DNA from: Longimicrobiales bacterium
Lineage (GTDB): Bacteria > Gemmatimonadota > Gemmatimonadetes > Longimicrobiales > Gaopeijiaceae
Length of the DNA stretch: 64,000 nucleotides
Assembly: GCA_041690395.1 (NCBI GenBank)
Contig: JAWLHJ010000001.1
Coordinates: 954,089 to 1,018,088, forward strand
Direction: 5' to 3'
This document shows positions 8,903 to 19,354 of the stretch, piece after piece; the first letter of the stretch is position 1, and each line of letters starts with the position of its first letter. The notes below the pieces were generated by a model. The model made no database searches. It saw nothing but the letters and a program-made list of their open reading frames with translations, and was not told the DNA's origin. The translations under genes and the position numbers were made by a program.

Positions 8903-11140
8903 TCAACGCAGAACATCGATGACGTCGCTTCGCACCCATTGGATATCGCCCTCGCTCGTGTAGAAGAGGTACTTCCCGTCCGCCGTCACGAAGGGGCATA
9001 GCTCATGACCTTCGGTATTGATCGCGTCGCCGAGGCTCTTCCCGGAACCCCACGACCCGTCGTCCCGGCGGAAGCTGACGTACAGATCGCCGCGGCCGCG
9101 TCCCCCGGGCCGGGCGGAAGAGAAGACGAGATAGGATTCGTCCGGTGAGACGAACGCGTCGGCTTCGTAGTGGCCGGTATTCACGTCGCCGTGCAGTCGT
9201 CGGGCATCCCGAAAGCCCGCGTCGTGAGGGGCGGCCCTGTACAGATCGAAGTCCCCGGCGCGGGAGGCGTTCCGGTCGGAGGCGAAGTAGAGCGCCCCCG
9301 ACGCTCCGAACGAGACATAGTACTCGTTGTGGTCCGAGTTCACCGGCGGGCCGACATTCTCGGGGGCGCCCCACCCGGTGCCTTCGCGCTCGACGAACCA
9401 GATGTCGTACGTGGGATCGTCTTCCGGCGTCCCTCCATCGTGGTCCGGGCGGTCCGAGATGAAGTAGAGCCGCTGTCCGTCGGGAGACAGGAAGGGGTCG
9501 TTCACCGAGTGGTGCGGGTCGGACACCACGACGTCCGGCTTCGTCCACGAGGTGCCGTCCCAGCGCGTCTCATGGATCTCCGCCCGCCCGTCGACGAGCA
9601 CGCCGAAGTAGAGCTCGGTTCCGTCTTCTGACCAGACCGATCCGTATTCGTATCGATCACCGACCGAGACGATCCCCGGGGCGAACGGAAGGGGTGTGGC
9701 CCCCGGTCGCTCCTGGCCCAGATACGCGGAGGTCTCCGGCGGCGATGTCGCGGCTGCCGGCCTCACTCCGGACGGTTCCACTCCGGGCTGCCCCACTCCC
9801 TCGACCTCCCGTCCTCCGACGAAGACCCGCTCGAGCGAGCGCGTGGCCTCGATGTCCCGCGTGGGATCGTCGGCCAGCACGAGGAAGTCGGCGAGCTGCC
9901 CGGGCTCGAGGGTGCCGACGTCTTCCAGGCCACCGCATTCGGCGGCGATGGCGGTCGCGCTTCGCAGGGCGTCCGCCGGGCTCATGCCGGCCTCGACCAT
10001 CATCCAGAGTTCGAGGTGCTCGAAATAGCCCGGGAACCGTGCGGCCGGCCCGGAGTCGGTGCCGAACGCGACCGGGATGCCCGCGTCTTGTGCCAGGATA
10101 AGGTTGCGACGCGCCACCTCGAGGGCCTCCCGGTACCCGTCCGCCGTCGGGCTGGCCCGGAAGCCTTCCTGCACGGCCGGGTCTTCGAGACGGCGGACTT
10201 CGCTGGCGAGCGCGTGGCGCCGGAAGAAGGGGTCGCCGAAAAAATCCGGACGGGCTTCGTACACGAATGTGCTGAGCTCGCGGGTCAGCGTGGGGACGTA
10301 ACAGACGCCCGAGCCCTCCAGCGTCTCGAGGAAGGCCACGTCCATGTCCCGGTCACGCACCGAGTGTGCGACCAGGCCCGTGCCGAGGTCGAGGAGCCGT
10401 CGGGCATCGTCCAGATAGAAGAGGTGCGTGGCGACGGGGACGCCCCGCTCCCGCCCGACGTCCAGCACGGCTTCGACGGCGGGCCAGGGCATGGGCTCGG
10501 ACGTGCCGAGGTTGTCGTCGACCCGCAGCTTGAGCCAGGCGGCGCCTGCGTCGACGTTGGCCTCGGCCGTTCGCCGTGCCTCGGCCGGGGCGTGTGCCGT
10601 GACGACCGGACCCGACGCCCGCAGCCGGGCGTGGGCCCCACCGGCTGAGCCGGGCATGGTCGTCGTGCCGCCCGCCACCTCGAGCGCCGCCCGGTCGTCG
10701 CCCAGGCTGACCACGCTGGTGATTCCGTATCGGGCGTAGAGGAGGAGGTCCTGCCGAATCCGCCCCTCCGGGTCTGCGTCGACGTCGGTCGCCCAGGCGC
10801 CGCTCACGTGCCCATGTGCGTTCACCAGGCCGGGCATCACGAACTTGCCGTCCAGCGGTACGACGGTGGCCGACGCGGGAATATTCACGTTCGCCCCCAT
10901 CGCCGAGATGCGCTCGCCCTCGACGAGGAGGGTGACGTCCGAACGCGCGGTAGACCCGGTCCCGTCCCAGACGGTCGCGCCCGTGAAGGCGGTGGTCTGC
11001 GCGGCAAGGAGCGTGGGGAGCGCGAGGAGGATGAGTACCGCACACGCAGCGGCTCGCGGCCCGGAATGCTCCGGAATCGGCGCGACGGGCTCGGGTGAGG
11101 GGGCCGGCTCGGGTGTGCCGGTGCGGGACGGGGTGCGCAT
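8903..11140 (-). CDS. secreted amidohydrolase fused to C-terminal PD40/TolB-like beta-propeller
   Basis: PGLVNAHGH, FGTDSG, GQLADFLVL amidohydrolase motifs then repeated SPDG/VNS PD40 motifs; GGAGGAG RBS. Confidence 0.8.
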   Translation of the reverse strand: MRTPSRTGTPEPAPSPEPVAPIPEHSGPRAAACAVLILLALPTLLAAQTTAFTGATVWDGTGSTARSDVTLLVEGERISAMGANVNIPASATVVPLDGKFVMPGLVNAHGHVSGAWATDVDADPEGRIRQDLLLYARYGITSVVSLGDDRAALEVAGGTTTMPGSAGGAHARLRASGPVVTAHAPAEARRTAEANVDAGAAWLKLRVDDNLGTSEPMPWPAVEAVLDVGRERGVPVATHLFYLDDARRLLDLGTGLVAHSVRDRDMDVAFLETLEGSGVCYVPTLTRELSTFVYEARPDFFGDPFFRRHALASEVRRLEDPAVQEGFRASPTADGYREALEVARRNLILAQDAGIPVAFGTDSGPAARFPGYFEHLELWMMVEAGMSPADALRSATAIAAECGGLEDVGTLEPGQLADFLVLADDPTRDIEATRSLERVFVGGREVEGVGQPGVEPSGVRPAAATSPPETSAYLGQERPGATPLPFAPGIVSVGDRYEYGSVWSEDGTELYFGVLVDGRAEIHETRWDGTSWTKPDVVVSDPHHSVNDPFLSPDGQRLYFISDRPDHDGGTPEDDPTYDIWFVEREGTGWGAPENVGPPVNSDHNEYYVSFGASGALYFASDRNASRAGDFDLYRAAPHDAGFRDARRLHGDVNTGHYEADAFVSPDESYLVFSSARPGGRGRGDLYVSFRRDDGSWGSGKSLGDAINTEGHELCPFVTADGKYLFYTSEGDIQWVRSDVIDVLR

Positions 11141-11286
11141 CGTGATCTCCTCCGGTGGGGCTAGCAGCCGTGAGCATACCGTACCCGGCCGGCGACGTGT
11201 CGGCAATGCGTCAGGGCGCCCGTATTGCGCCTCGGCACAAGGAGGCTCATTCTCACGCACCGCCCCATATCCAACGGGAGAATGTC

Positions 11287-12912
11287 ATGAGTCGTCGAAC
11301 GCCCTTCACGGTCCTGCTCACCCTGCTGCTCACCCTGGCCGCGGCCGGCTCGGCGCTCGCACAGATGGAAGAGACGACGCTCCGGGGCTCCGACGAAGGG
11401 GGCGGGCCCTACGACCGCCTGATCATTCGGGGTGCCACCATGATCGACGGGACGGGAGCGCCGCCACAGGGCCCGGTGGATATCGTCATCGAGGGTGACC
11501 GCATCGCCGAGATCCGGTCGGTCGGCTACCCCGGTGTGCCCATCAACGAGCGCCGTCGCCCCGGCGACCCCGAGCGTGAGATCGACTGGGAAGGGCGCTT
11601 CGTTCTTCCGGGCTTCATCGACATGCATGCGCACACCGGCGGGGCGGGCAAGGCGCCGCAGGCGGAGTACGTCTACAAGCTCTGGATGGGGCACGGCATC
11701 ACCACGTCGCGGGGCGTCGGACACGGGCCGGTGGACTGGGCGCTCCAGGAGAAGGCCCGAGCCGAGCGGAACGAGATCGTCGCCCCCCGTATGTTCACGT
11801 ACGCGCGGCCCGGTGAGGCTTGGGACGGCGGCGCCATCGACTCGCCGGAGCAGGCGAGGGCCTGGGTGCGGTTCATCGCCGAGTACGAGGTCGATGGGGC
11901 GCGGGTCGATGGGCTCAAGCTCGGATCCATGCCGCCGCACATCATGGAGGCCATCCTCGACGAAGCGCAGGCTCAGGGACTCGGCACGGTAGCCCACCTG
12001 AACCAGATGGGCGTGGGCGAGATGAACGCCCTCGACGCGGCCGAGCTCGGCCTCGACATGATGACCCACTTCTACGGGCTCTTCGAGTCGATGCTCACCG
12101 ACTACTCGGTGCAGAACTACCCGCTCGACTACAACTACAACAACGAGCAGCACCGCTTCGGGCAGGTCGCACGGCTGTGGAGCCAGTCCGCGGAGCCTGG
12201 GTCGGAGCGGTGGAACGAGGTCCTGGATCGCATGCTCGAGCTCGGCTTCGGTATCGATCCGACCATGACGATCTACGAGGCGAGCCGTGACCTCATGCGG
12301 GCGACGCAGGCCGAGTGGCACGACGACTATACGCTGCCGAGCCAGTGGGACTTCTACGAGGCGTCACGTGAGGCCCACGGATCGTACTGGTTCTACTGGA
12401 CCAGCGAGGACGAGACGGAGTGGGCCCGCTTCTATCAGAAGTGGATGCGCTTCCTGAACGACTTCAAGAACCGTGGCGGCATCGTCACGACCGGGTCCGA
12501 CTCGGGCTTCATCTACAAGCTGTACGGCTTCGGCTACATCCGTGAGTTCGAACTCCTGCGGGAAGCCGGCTTCCATCCGCTCGAGGTCATCCGCGCCGCG
12601 ACCTACCATGGCGCCTATCAGCTCCACGAGCCCAGCGGCATGCAGGACCAGATCGACTTCGGCATCCTGCGCGAGGGGCTGAAGGCCGATCTGGTGCTGG
12701 TCGAGGAGAACCCGCTCGAGAACCTGAAGGTGCTGTACGGCACCGGCGCGCCGCGTCTGAACGACGAGACCGGTGAGAACGAGCGGGTCGGCGGGATCGC
12801 CTACACCATCAAGGACGGCATCGTCTACGACGCGCGTCAGCTGCTGGCCGACGTGCGTGAGATGGTGCGGCAGGCCAAGGCGAGCACGACGCAGGACGGC
12901 GCAGGGAGCTGA
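11287..12912 (+). CDS. secreted amidohydrolase family protein
   Basis: Signal peptide; PGFIDMHAH, TGSDSGF, GLKADLVLV. Confidence 0.85.
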   Translation: MSRRTPFTVLLTLLLTLAAAGSALAQMEETTLRGSDEGGGPYDRLIIRGATMIDGTGAPPQGPVDIVIEGDRIAEIRSVGYPGVPINERRRPGDPEREIDWEGRFVLPGFIDMHAHTGGAGKAPQAEYVYKLWMGHGITTSRGVGHGPVDWALQEKARAERNEIVAPRMFTYARPGEAWDGGAIDSPEQARAWVRFIAEYEVDGARVDGLKLGSMPPHIMEAILDEAQAQGLGTVAHLNQMGVGEMNALDAAELGLDMMTHFYGLFESMLTDYSVQNYPLDYNYNNEQHRFGQVARLWSQSAEPGSERWNEVLDRMLELGFGIDPTMTIYEASRDLMRATQAEWHDDYTLPSQWDFYEASREAHGSYWFYWTSEDETEWARFYQKWMRFLNDFKNRGGIVTTGSDSGFIYKLYGFGYIREFELLREAGFHPLEVIRAATYHGAYQLHEPSGMQDQIDFGILREGLKADLVLVEENPLENLKVLYGTGAPRLNDETGENERVGGIAYTIKDGIVYDARQLLADVREMVRQAKASTTQDGAGS

Positions 12913-13060
12913 CGAAGTCCGGGCGTCGGCCTCGCGCGGCGTGCAGCCCGTGAGACCGGCGCCCGGCTTCTACCTCCCGTCGGCAGTCCAGGGCCCGAGT
13001 GTGTGACGCTCCTCCCGGGGCCGGTCGCCGCGTGGGGCCCGCGGGGCGACCGACCGCCTG

Positions 13061-14212
13061 TCAGCCCCGCGAAGCGTGCCAGCGCGCGAGCACTTCGCGC
13101 TCGCGCTCACGGTCGAGCCCGGCCTGACGGTCCGCGCGCTCGGCCGCCGGGCGGGTCTCGTCCCAGGCCAGCGTGTCACGGGCGGTTTCGGGGAGCGGGC
13201 GGTAGGTGAGCCCGGCCTCGGTCGCCCGCGACACGTCCACGAACATCAGCGGGCTGCCGGGCATCCAGGCCGGGAGATCGCTCCATGCGCGCAGCCCCTC
13301 GGCCTGGAGGAACGGCTCCTCCACCCAGGTGAGCTCGTAGGGGTTTCGCGCCGCTTCGCCGACCTGCGCCAGCATGGATGCCATGGTCATGCGCTCGGCC
13401 GGACCGGTAGCGTTGAAGTCGCCGGTGACCCGGCCCTCGGCGAGGCGCACGATCCACTCCGTCAGGTCGCGCTGATCGATGACCTGGGCCGAATGCTCCG
13501 GGTTCCCGGGCGCGAGCACCTCACCGCCCTCGTCGAGCCGAACGGGCCAGTACGTGAAGCGGTCGGTGGGATCTCCCGGGCCGACGATCAGCCCTGGCCT
13601 GACGATCGTCGCCCGACCGGGGAAAGCCTCGCGCACGACGTCCTCCGACAGGCTCTTCATGAGCCCGTAGGGGGCGTCGTCTCCGTCCGACCATCCCTCG
13701 GGCGGCTCGATGCAGGGGTAGCCCTCGTCGATGACGCGCTCCCGGAGCACCCGGGTCGGGTCGCTCCACCGGCCTGGCTCGAGCTGATAGGCGGAGATGG
13801 ACGACACCAGGAGGTAATGCTCCACCGAGTCGGCCAGGAGTGCGGTGCTCCGCTGCACCCACCTGTAATCCTGGGCGTTGTTGTCGAGCACGACGTCCCA
13901 GGTCCGCCCCTCCAGAGCCGCGTGATCGTCGTTCCGGTCTCCGACGAGGTGCTCCACGTCCGGGATGTCGGCGTCGCTCCGGCCGCGGGTGAAGATCGAT
14001 ACCTCGTGCCCGCGGGCGACCGCGTGCCGGACGGTGTGCGGCCCGATGAAGCCGGTTCCCCCGAAGATCAGGATGCGCTTGGGCATGACGGACGCGGTGC
14101 CGCCGGCCGCGGCGTCTTCGGGACTCGGGCCGCACGCCGCCGCGCCCCCGAGGGCCAGCCCGGCGCCCAGGGCGCCCATCGTCTCTAGGAACTCCCTGCG
14201 CGTCGGTGTCAT
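13061..14212 (-). CDS. Tat-exported NAD-dependent epimerase/dehydratase
   Basis: TRREFL twin-arginine leader; GGTGFIG, YGLMK, RPGLIVGP. Confidence 0.85.
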   Translation of the reverse strand: MTPTRREFLETMGALGAGLALGGAAACGPSPEDAAAGGTASVMPKRILIFGGTGFIGPHTVRHAVARGHEVSIFTRGRSDADIPDVEHLVGDRNDDHAALEGRTWDVVLDNNAQDYRWVQRSTALLADSVEHYLLVSSISAYQLEPGRWSDPTRVLRERVIDEGYPCIEPPEGWSDGDDAPYGLMKSLSEDVVREAFPGRATIVRPGLIVGPGDPTDRFTYWPVRLDEGGEVLAPGNPEHSAQVIDQRDLTEWIVRLAEGRVTGDFNATGPAERMTMASMLAQVGEAARNPYELTWVEEPFLQAEGLRAWSDLPAWMPGSPLMFVDVSRATEAGLTYRPLPETARDTLAWDETRPAAERADRQAGLDREREREVLARWHASRG

Positions 14213-14223
14213 GGTGCGGGCCC

Positions 14224-16530
14224 TCAGTATCGAAGGAGTCGCGTGATTTTCAGCACGAGCGCGCGGTTGCGGAGCCCGGTGCCGCCCGGGCCCGTGTCCC
14301 GCTCGTCCGTCCACACGAAGAACAGCTCGCTGCCCGGCTGGTATTCCCAGCGGAAGCGGAGGTTGCTCGAGAAGGTATTGCTGTCGGAGCCGTACTGCAT
14401 CAGGGCGCTCGCGAACATGCGCGGCGTGAAGGCGTAGTCGGCGCGGAGCCTCGTCACCGTCTCGGTGGATGAGCCCTGGGGCAGGTCGATCAGGTTGAGG
14501 CTGACCCCCGGCTCGAGGGACAGGCGGTCGGTGAGGACGACCCGTCCCTGGTTCACCCCGATCGTCGTCAGCGTACCGTCGTAGAAGTCACCCCAGTTGA
14601 CCGACACGTTGCCGGCGAGGCGGCGGTGCGGGCCGAAGTTGTACTGGAGCCGATAGTCGGTGAACGCATAGGCCCCGGGCTGGATGGTCAGCTCCGAGGT
14701 CACGTCGAACGCCTGGTCGATGCGCTCGTAGTTCCGGGTGACCTGGACGGATGTCTGGTCGCTGTTCTCGAGCTCCACCTCGAAGCGCCCGTTCTGGACC
14801 CGTGACTCGACGTTGCCGAGGCCATCCTCGAAATAGTCGACGCGAGCGTCCCACGTGAGCTGACGGATCGACTCGATGGACGTGGGTCTCGGGCTGAAGC
14901 GGGCCGAGGCGGAAGTCTTCTCGAAGTCGCGACGGCGCACGAAGCCGATCTCAGGATTGAAGTCGGCGCCGACTTTCAGGAACGACAGGCTCCCCCCGTA
15001 GCGGTCGCCGTTCCACTGGGCGCGTCCCTCGTAGCTCTCGTCGTCTCCCGTAAGCGCCGGCGTCTCGGTCTTCGCGAAGTAACCGCCGACCTCCAGGTTC
15101 GTCAGGAATGCGAGTTGCAGGTCGCCCCCGTAGGCTTGGCTGGAGCCGCCGCCGTCCAGCGCGACCGAGCGGTTGGTGCCGATGATGCCGATGGAGCTTC
15201 GGCCCAGGATGTCTCGTTTCACGCGCAGCACCGAGAAGTTGGTGCCGTCCACGCCCGCCTCCGGTATGCCCCCGGTCTGGATATTCAGCGCGCCGATGCC
15301 GAACGCGCCCACCTTACCCGTCAGTCGGCCTCCCGCGCGGATCGGCACCACCTCTCCGTCGTCGAGCCCGATCCGGCGGCTGTAGAAAAGGGTGGGCGCG
15401 TCGCGGGGCGGGCCGAAGCCCATGCGACCGCCCCCGCCACCGCCTCCGAAGTCGAAGACGCCGCGGCCTTCCAGGAAGAACTCGCGCTTCTCGGGGAAGA
15501 AGAGTCCGAACCGCGTCAGGTTCACCTGCTGCTCGTCCACCTCGACCTGCGCGAAATCCGTGTTGACGGTGAGGTCCGCGGTCAGGTTCGCGGTCACCCC
15601 GTACTTCACGTCGAGCCCGGCGTCCGCGGTCGCGTCGTTCGAGACGACTGGGGTGACGGTCCGGTCGGTCGTGAGGCCGGTGATCCCGTAGGGCTTGATG
15701 TCGAGGTTGTTCCCCGCTTCCGGCAGGTCGAGGCCGACCAGCGTCCCGCCGGCCGAGACCCGGTTCAGGCCCTGCGGGCCCGCCAGGTTGGACGGCACCG
15801 GGCTCAGGTAGACCCACTCGTTCTTGTGCCGGATGCCTCGCCGCATCTGGAGCCCCCAGACACGGTCGGGGCCCGACAGGTAGCGGATCGACTTGAACGG
15901 GATGGCCATCTCGACGGTCCACCCTCCGTCGAACCGGCCGGTCGCCACGTCCCAGACGGGGTTCCAGTCCATGTTCGGGCCGCCTTCGTCGATCACCTGA
16001 TAGTCGGCCCGGCCGCCGAGCGGATTCGTGTAGAACATCGAAGCGCTACGGCGGTCGTAATAGGTGTCGAACATGACACCGAAATTCTCGTTGTTCCTCA
16101 GCCCCGCGGCGTCTCGCCGCAGCTCGTTGGCGAGCCAGATCGAGGGCGGGGCGGAGTCCCAGCACCGGCACGTCACGTAGATGTGGGTGTCGTCGAACGT
16201 CACCCAGACGTCGGAGCGCTCGGAGGCCGGCGCGCCCGCGACCGGGACCACCTGGATGAAGCCGCCGAACGGCTCGTTCGCGCCGTACACGTCCTCGTCA
16301 AGGACGCCGTCCAGCACGAGCGGCTCGTCGAGCCGGATCGCACGGATGGTCGGCCGACCCAGCGCGTCCCTCGTGATCGAGGACGGGGCGACGGGAGGGG
16401 GCGACCCGTCGATCGTCGTCGGCCGATCCTGGACATCTTCGTCCTGGATCATGGACTGGGCAGACGCGAGCCGCGGCTGAGCGGCGTACAAGACCAGGAG
16501 CGCCAGAGCCACGCGGGGGAGAGTCAGCAT
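14224..16530 (-). CDS. CBM9-like/DUF5916 outer-membrane-associated protein
   Basis: LDGVLDE, GWTVEMAIPFKSIRY, NTDFAQVEVD, FFPEKREFFLEG, YSRRIG. Confidence 0.8.
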   Translation of the reverse strand: MLTLPRVALALLVLYAAQPRLASAQSMIQDEDVQDRPTTIDGSPPPVAPSSITRDALGRPTIRAIRLDEPLVLDGVLDEDVYGANEPFGGFIQVVPVAGAPASERSDVWVTFDDTHIYVTCRCWDSAPPSIWLANELRRDAAGLRNNENFGVMFDTYYDRRSASMFYTNPLGGRADYQVIDEGGPNMDWNPVWDVATGRFDGGWTVEMAIPFKSIRYLSGPDRVWGLQMRRGIRHKNEWVYLSPVPSNLAGPQGLNRVSAGGTLVGLDLPEAGNNLDIKPYGITGLTTDRTVTPVVSNDATADAGLDVKYGVTANLTADLTVNTDFAQVEVDEQQVNLTRFGLFFPEKREFFLEGRGVFDFGGGGGGGRMGFGPPRDAPTLFYSRRIGLDDGEVVPIRAGGRLTGKVGAFGIGALNIQTGGIPEAGVDGTNFSVLRVKRDILGRSSIGIIGTNRSVALDGGGSSQAYGGDLQLAFLTNLEVGGYFAKTETPALTGDDESYEGRAQWNGDRYGGSLSFLKVGADFNPEIGFVRRRDFEKTSASARFSPRPTSIESIRQLTWDARVDYFEDGLGNVESRVQNGRFEVELENSDQTSVQVTRNYERIDQAFDVTSELTIQPGAYAFTDYRLQYNFGPHRRLAGNVSVNWGDFYDGTLTTIGVNQGRVVLTDRLSLEPGVSLNLIDLPQGSSTETVTRLRADYAFTPRMFASALMQYGSDSNTFSSNLRFRWEYQPGSELFFVWTDERDTGPGGTGLRNRALVLKITRLLRY

Positions 16531-16740
16531 GATATCGGCTATTGCGGGCGGCTGCGGGAATGAAGGGTCAGCCACACAAGATGGGCCATCGAAATGCTCA
16601 CGGCGAGGACACCGCGGCGGGGAGAAGGGTTGACGACCCCGACTCCCGTTCGGCCTCGCGGAAGCCTTTCGGCAACCGCCGGGGCGTGTTTCCTTGTTGC
16701 CGACCTTCCCGTTCCTCACCGCGAGGCTCGCCTTCGCACC

Positions 16741-17481
16741 GTGCGCACCATCGACCATGTCATCGGGGATCTGGACGACGTCGTTCGCACATGTCGCGAG
16801 CGGGGTAGCCGCGCCGGCTACTTCCCCGCGCTCTACCGGAACGTCACCCTCGAGGTGCGCGACTGGATCCGGGACGGCCGGTTCGACGACGGGGCGCGCA
16901 TGGAGCGTCTGGACGTGCTGTTCGCCGACCGGTACCTGGAGGCGTGGCGGCGGAGGGAAGCCGGCCAGCCTACGACCCGGTCGTGGGCCGTGGCGTTCGA
17001 CGCCGCGGATTCGTGGTGGCCGATCGTGCTGCAACATCTGCTCCTGGGGATGAACGCGCACATCAATCTCGATCTGGGGATCGCCGCGGCGCGCACGGTC
17101 CCCGGAGCGGACATACGGATGCTCCACGACGACTTCTGCCGCATCAACGAGCTGCTCGCCTCTATGGTGAACGATGTCCAGGAGCGTTTGACCGGTGTCT
17201 GGCCGCTCCTACATTTGATCGACGGTGTCGGGGGCGACGCCGACGAGGCCACGATCCATTTCAGCATGGAGCGGGCGCGCGACGCGGCCTGGGCCTTCGC
17301 GGTCAGGCTTGCGGTGTTGCCGGAGACCGGGTGGGACACGGAGATCGCGGCCACCGACCGGTTCGTGGCGACACTCGGTCGGATGGTCCGGCACCCGGGC
17401 CCCCGGGTGAGCACCCTGCTCCGGGGCGTCCGTCTCGGCGAGGTGCGATCGGCTCGGGGCGTGGTCGACCTGCTCTCATGA
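16741..17481 (+). CDS. DUF5995 family protein
   Basis: GYFPALY, F.DRYL.A, LLGMNAHINLDL motifs. Confidence 0.7.
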   Translation: MRTIDHVIGDLDDVVRTCRERGSRAGYFPALYRNVTLEVRDWIRDGRFDDGARMERLDVLFADRYLEAWRRREAGQPTTRSWAVAFDAADSWWPIVLQHLLLGMNAHINLDLGIAAARTVPGADIRMLHDDFCRINELLASMVNDVQERLTGVWPLLHLIDGVGGDADEATIHFSMERARDAAWAFAVRLAVLPETGWDTEIAATDRFVATLGRMVRHPGPRVSTLLRGVRLGEVRSARGVVDLLS

Positions 17482-18659
17482 GTGCCCGCCGTCGTCCGCC
17501 GCCCGGCGTCTATATCGAAGAGGCCCCCAGGTTGCCGCCGAGCATCCCGGCCGTGCCGACATCCGTGGCCGCATTCGTCGGACGCACGGCGGAAGGCCCG
17601 GTCGACGAGCCCGTGGAGACGCGGAGTTGGATCGACTTCGAACGGACGTTCGGCCCGGCCACGCAGGAAGGACCGCTGGGACTCGTCGTTCGCGCCTTCT
17701 TCGACAACGGCGGCGCGACGGCGGTCGTCGTCAACCGAGGCACGGCCCCGCTCTCCGCCCCGGAGGACTACCTGGGCCGTCAGCTGGACGGGACCGGGAT
17801 CTACGCGCTGGAACGGGGGCCCGGCTTCAACCTGCTCTGCATTCCGCCGGACACTCCGGACGGAGACGTGCCAGGACTGGTCTACACCGAGGCGGCACAG
17901 CTCTGCGTGGAGCACGGAGCCATGCTGCTCGTGGATCGGCCCACGGTCTGGACCACGAAGTGGCGAGAGGGTCGGGTGGCCGACATATCGATGGGCGATC
18001 TCGGGACGTCGTTCTCCGTGGAGCAGGCGAGAAGTGCGGCGGTGTATTTCCCGCGGCTCCGGGTCGTGGATCCGGCGGACGGGGTCGAACGCGTCCTTCC
18101 GCCCTGCGGAGCCGTCGCGGGAGTCTTCACGTCGACGGACGCCTCCCGCGGTGTCTGGAAGACTCCGGCCGGGGTCGGCGCGGCGGTCGCGGGTGTCGCC
18201 GGGCTCGAGGTCGATGTCGACGACGGGGGTCAGTCCCACCTCAACCCGCTCGGCATCAACTGTCTGCGTGAGATCCCCGGACACGGCGTCGTGGTCTGGG
18301 GAGGACGGACGATGCGGGGCGGGGTCCAGGGCGACGAGTTCCGATACGTCGCCGTGCGGCGGCTCACGCTCTTCATCGAAGGGAGCATCCGTCGGGGAAC
18401 GGGTTGGGTGACCCAGGAGCCCAACGGCGAGCCCCTCTGGAACAGCCTGCGGAGGGTCGTGGATGTCTTCCTGAACGGCCTGTTCAGGCAGGGTGCGTTC
18501 GCCGGATCGACGCCCAATGAAGCCTACTTCGTCAAGTGCGATCGCGACACGATGACGCAGAGCGACATCGACGCGGGGCGCGTCCACGTGATGGTCGGGA
18601 TCGCACCCACGCGTCCCGCTGAGTTCGTGGTTCTGCGTCTCGAGCTGGAGGCTTCCTGA
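17478..18659 (+). CDS. phage/contractile-injection-system tail sheath protein
   Basis: PGVYIEE, AAFVG, GVWKTPAG, LNPLGINCLR, WGGRT, YVAVRRL, EPN..LW, VGIAPTRPAEFVV. Confidence 0.9.
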   Translation: MSARRRPPPGVYIEEAPRLPPSIPAVPTSVAAFVGRTAEGPVDEPVETRSWIDFERTFGPATQEGPLGLVVRAFFDNGGATAVVVNRGTAPLSAPEDYLGRQLDGTGIYALERGPGFNLLCIPPDTPDGDVPGLVYTEAAQLCVEHGAMLLVDRPTVWTTKWREGRVADISMGDLGTSFSVEQARSAAVYFPRLRVVDPADGVERVLPPCGAVAGVFTSTDASRGVWKTPAGVGAAVAGVAGLEVDVDDGGQSHLNPLGINCLREIPGHGVVVWGGRTMRGGVQGDEFRYVAVRRLTLFIEGSIRRGTGWVTQEPNGEPLWNSLRRVVDVFLNGLFRQGAFAGSTPNEAYFVKCDRDTMTQSDIDAGRVHVMVGIAPTRPAEFVVLRLELEAS

Positions 18660-18666
18660 GAAGACG

Positions 18667-19344
18667 TCAGGAGCCCCCTCCGGTCGCTCGGTTCACCGCG
18701 TCGGTGAGCCCCATCGAGCCCTCGACCATCCGATGGAAGTTGCCGACCCAGGATTGCCATACAAGCACCACTCCGGCGATCACGAAGAGGACCGTTGCTC
18801 CCTTCATGAGGCGTCGTTGCCACTTGAAGTGCAGCCGATGGTGCCCGTAGCTCGCGAGCGCGGCCAGGGCCAGGCGAACTCCGCCGAGTGTCAGGACGAA
18901 CGTCGCGGCGAAGGCGGCGGCGTAGGACCAACTGGTGTTCCAGAAGCCGACGAAGACGGGAGCGCCCACCAGGAGCCAGAATACCCAGGGAGTCGGTGAG
19001 ATCAGGGAGAGCGCGACGCCTTCGAGGATGCGTCGCGGTCCCTCCGACGGGCCCATCTCCTCCGTGGTGCGACCGGCTTGATGCCACGTCCGGTAGGCCA
19101 GATAGAAGATGAGCAGGCCGCCCCCGACGCCCATCCAACGGAGCGCGGTCTCCGGGAGGCGCGCGATGACCAGGGCGGCGATCGCCAGCACCACCAACTC
19201 GGAGACGAGCGGCATGAGGGCGACCTTGGCCGCGGCCCGGAAGCCCCGACCGAGGGCGGTCGTGACGACGAGGGTCGAGTAGGGTCCCGGGATCGAGCCG
19301 GACAGGAGGCCCAGCAGGAGCCCGAGGAGGAGTGCCCTCGTCAT
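18667..19344 (-). CDS. LysE/RhtB family transporter
   Basis: PGP motif after TM1; several TM helices. Confidence 0.75.
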   Translation of the reverse strand: MTRALLLGLLLGLLSGSIPGPYSTLVVTTALGRGFRAAAKVALMPLVSELVVLAIAALVIARLPETALRWMGVGGGLLIFYLAYRTWHQAGRTTEEMGPSEGPRRILEGVALSLISPTPWVFWLLVGAPVFVGFWNTSWSYAAAFAATFVLTLGGVRLALAALASYGHHRLHFKWQRRLMKGATVLFVIAGVVLVWQSWVGNFHRMVEGSMGLTDAVNRATGGGS

Positions 19345-19354
19345 GGACTGTCAG

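Noticed and set aside
17478..18659. Prophage or complete eCIS/T6SS locus
   Set aside because: No other structural, packaging or integrase genes nearby
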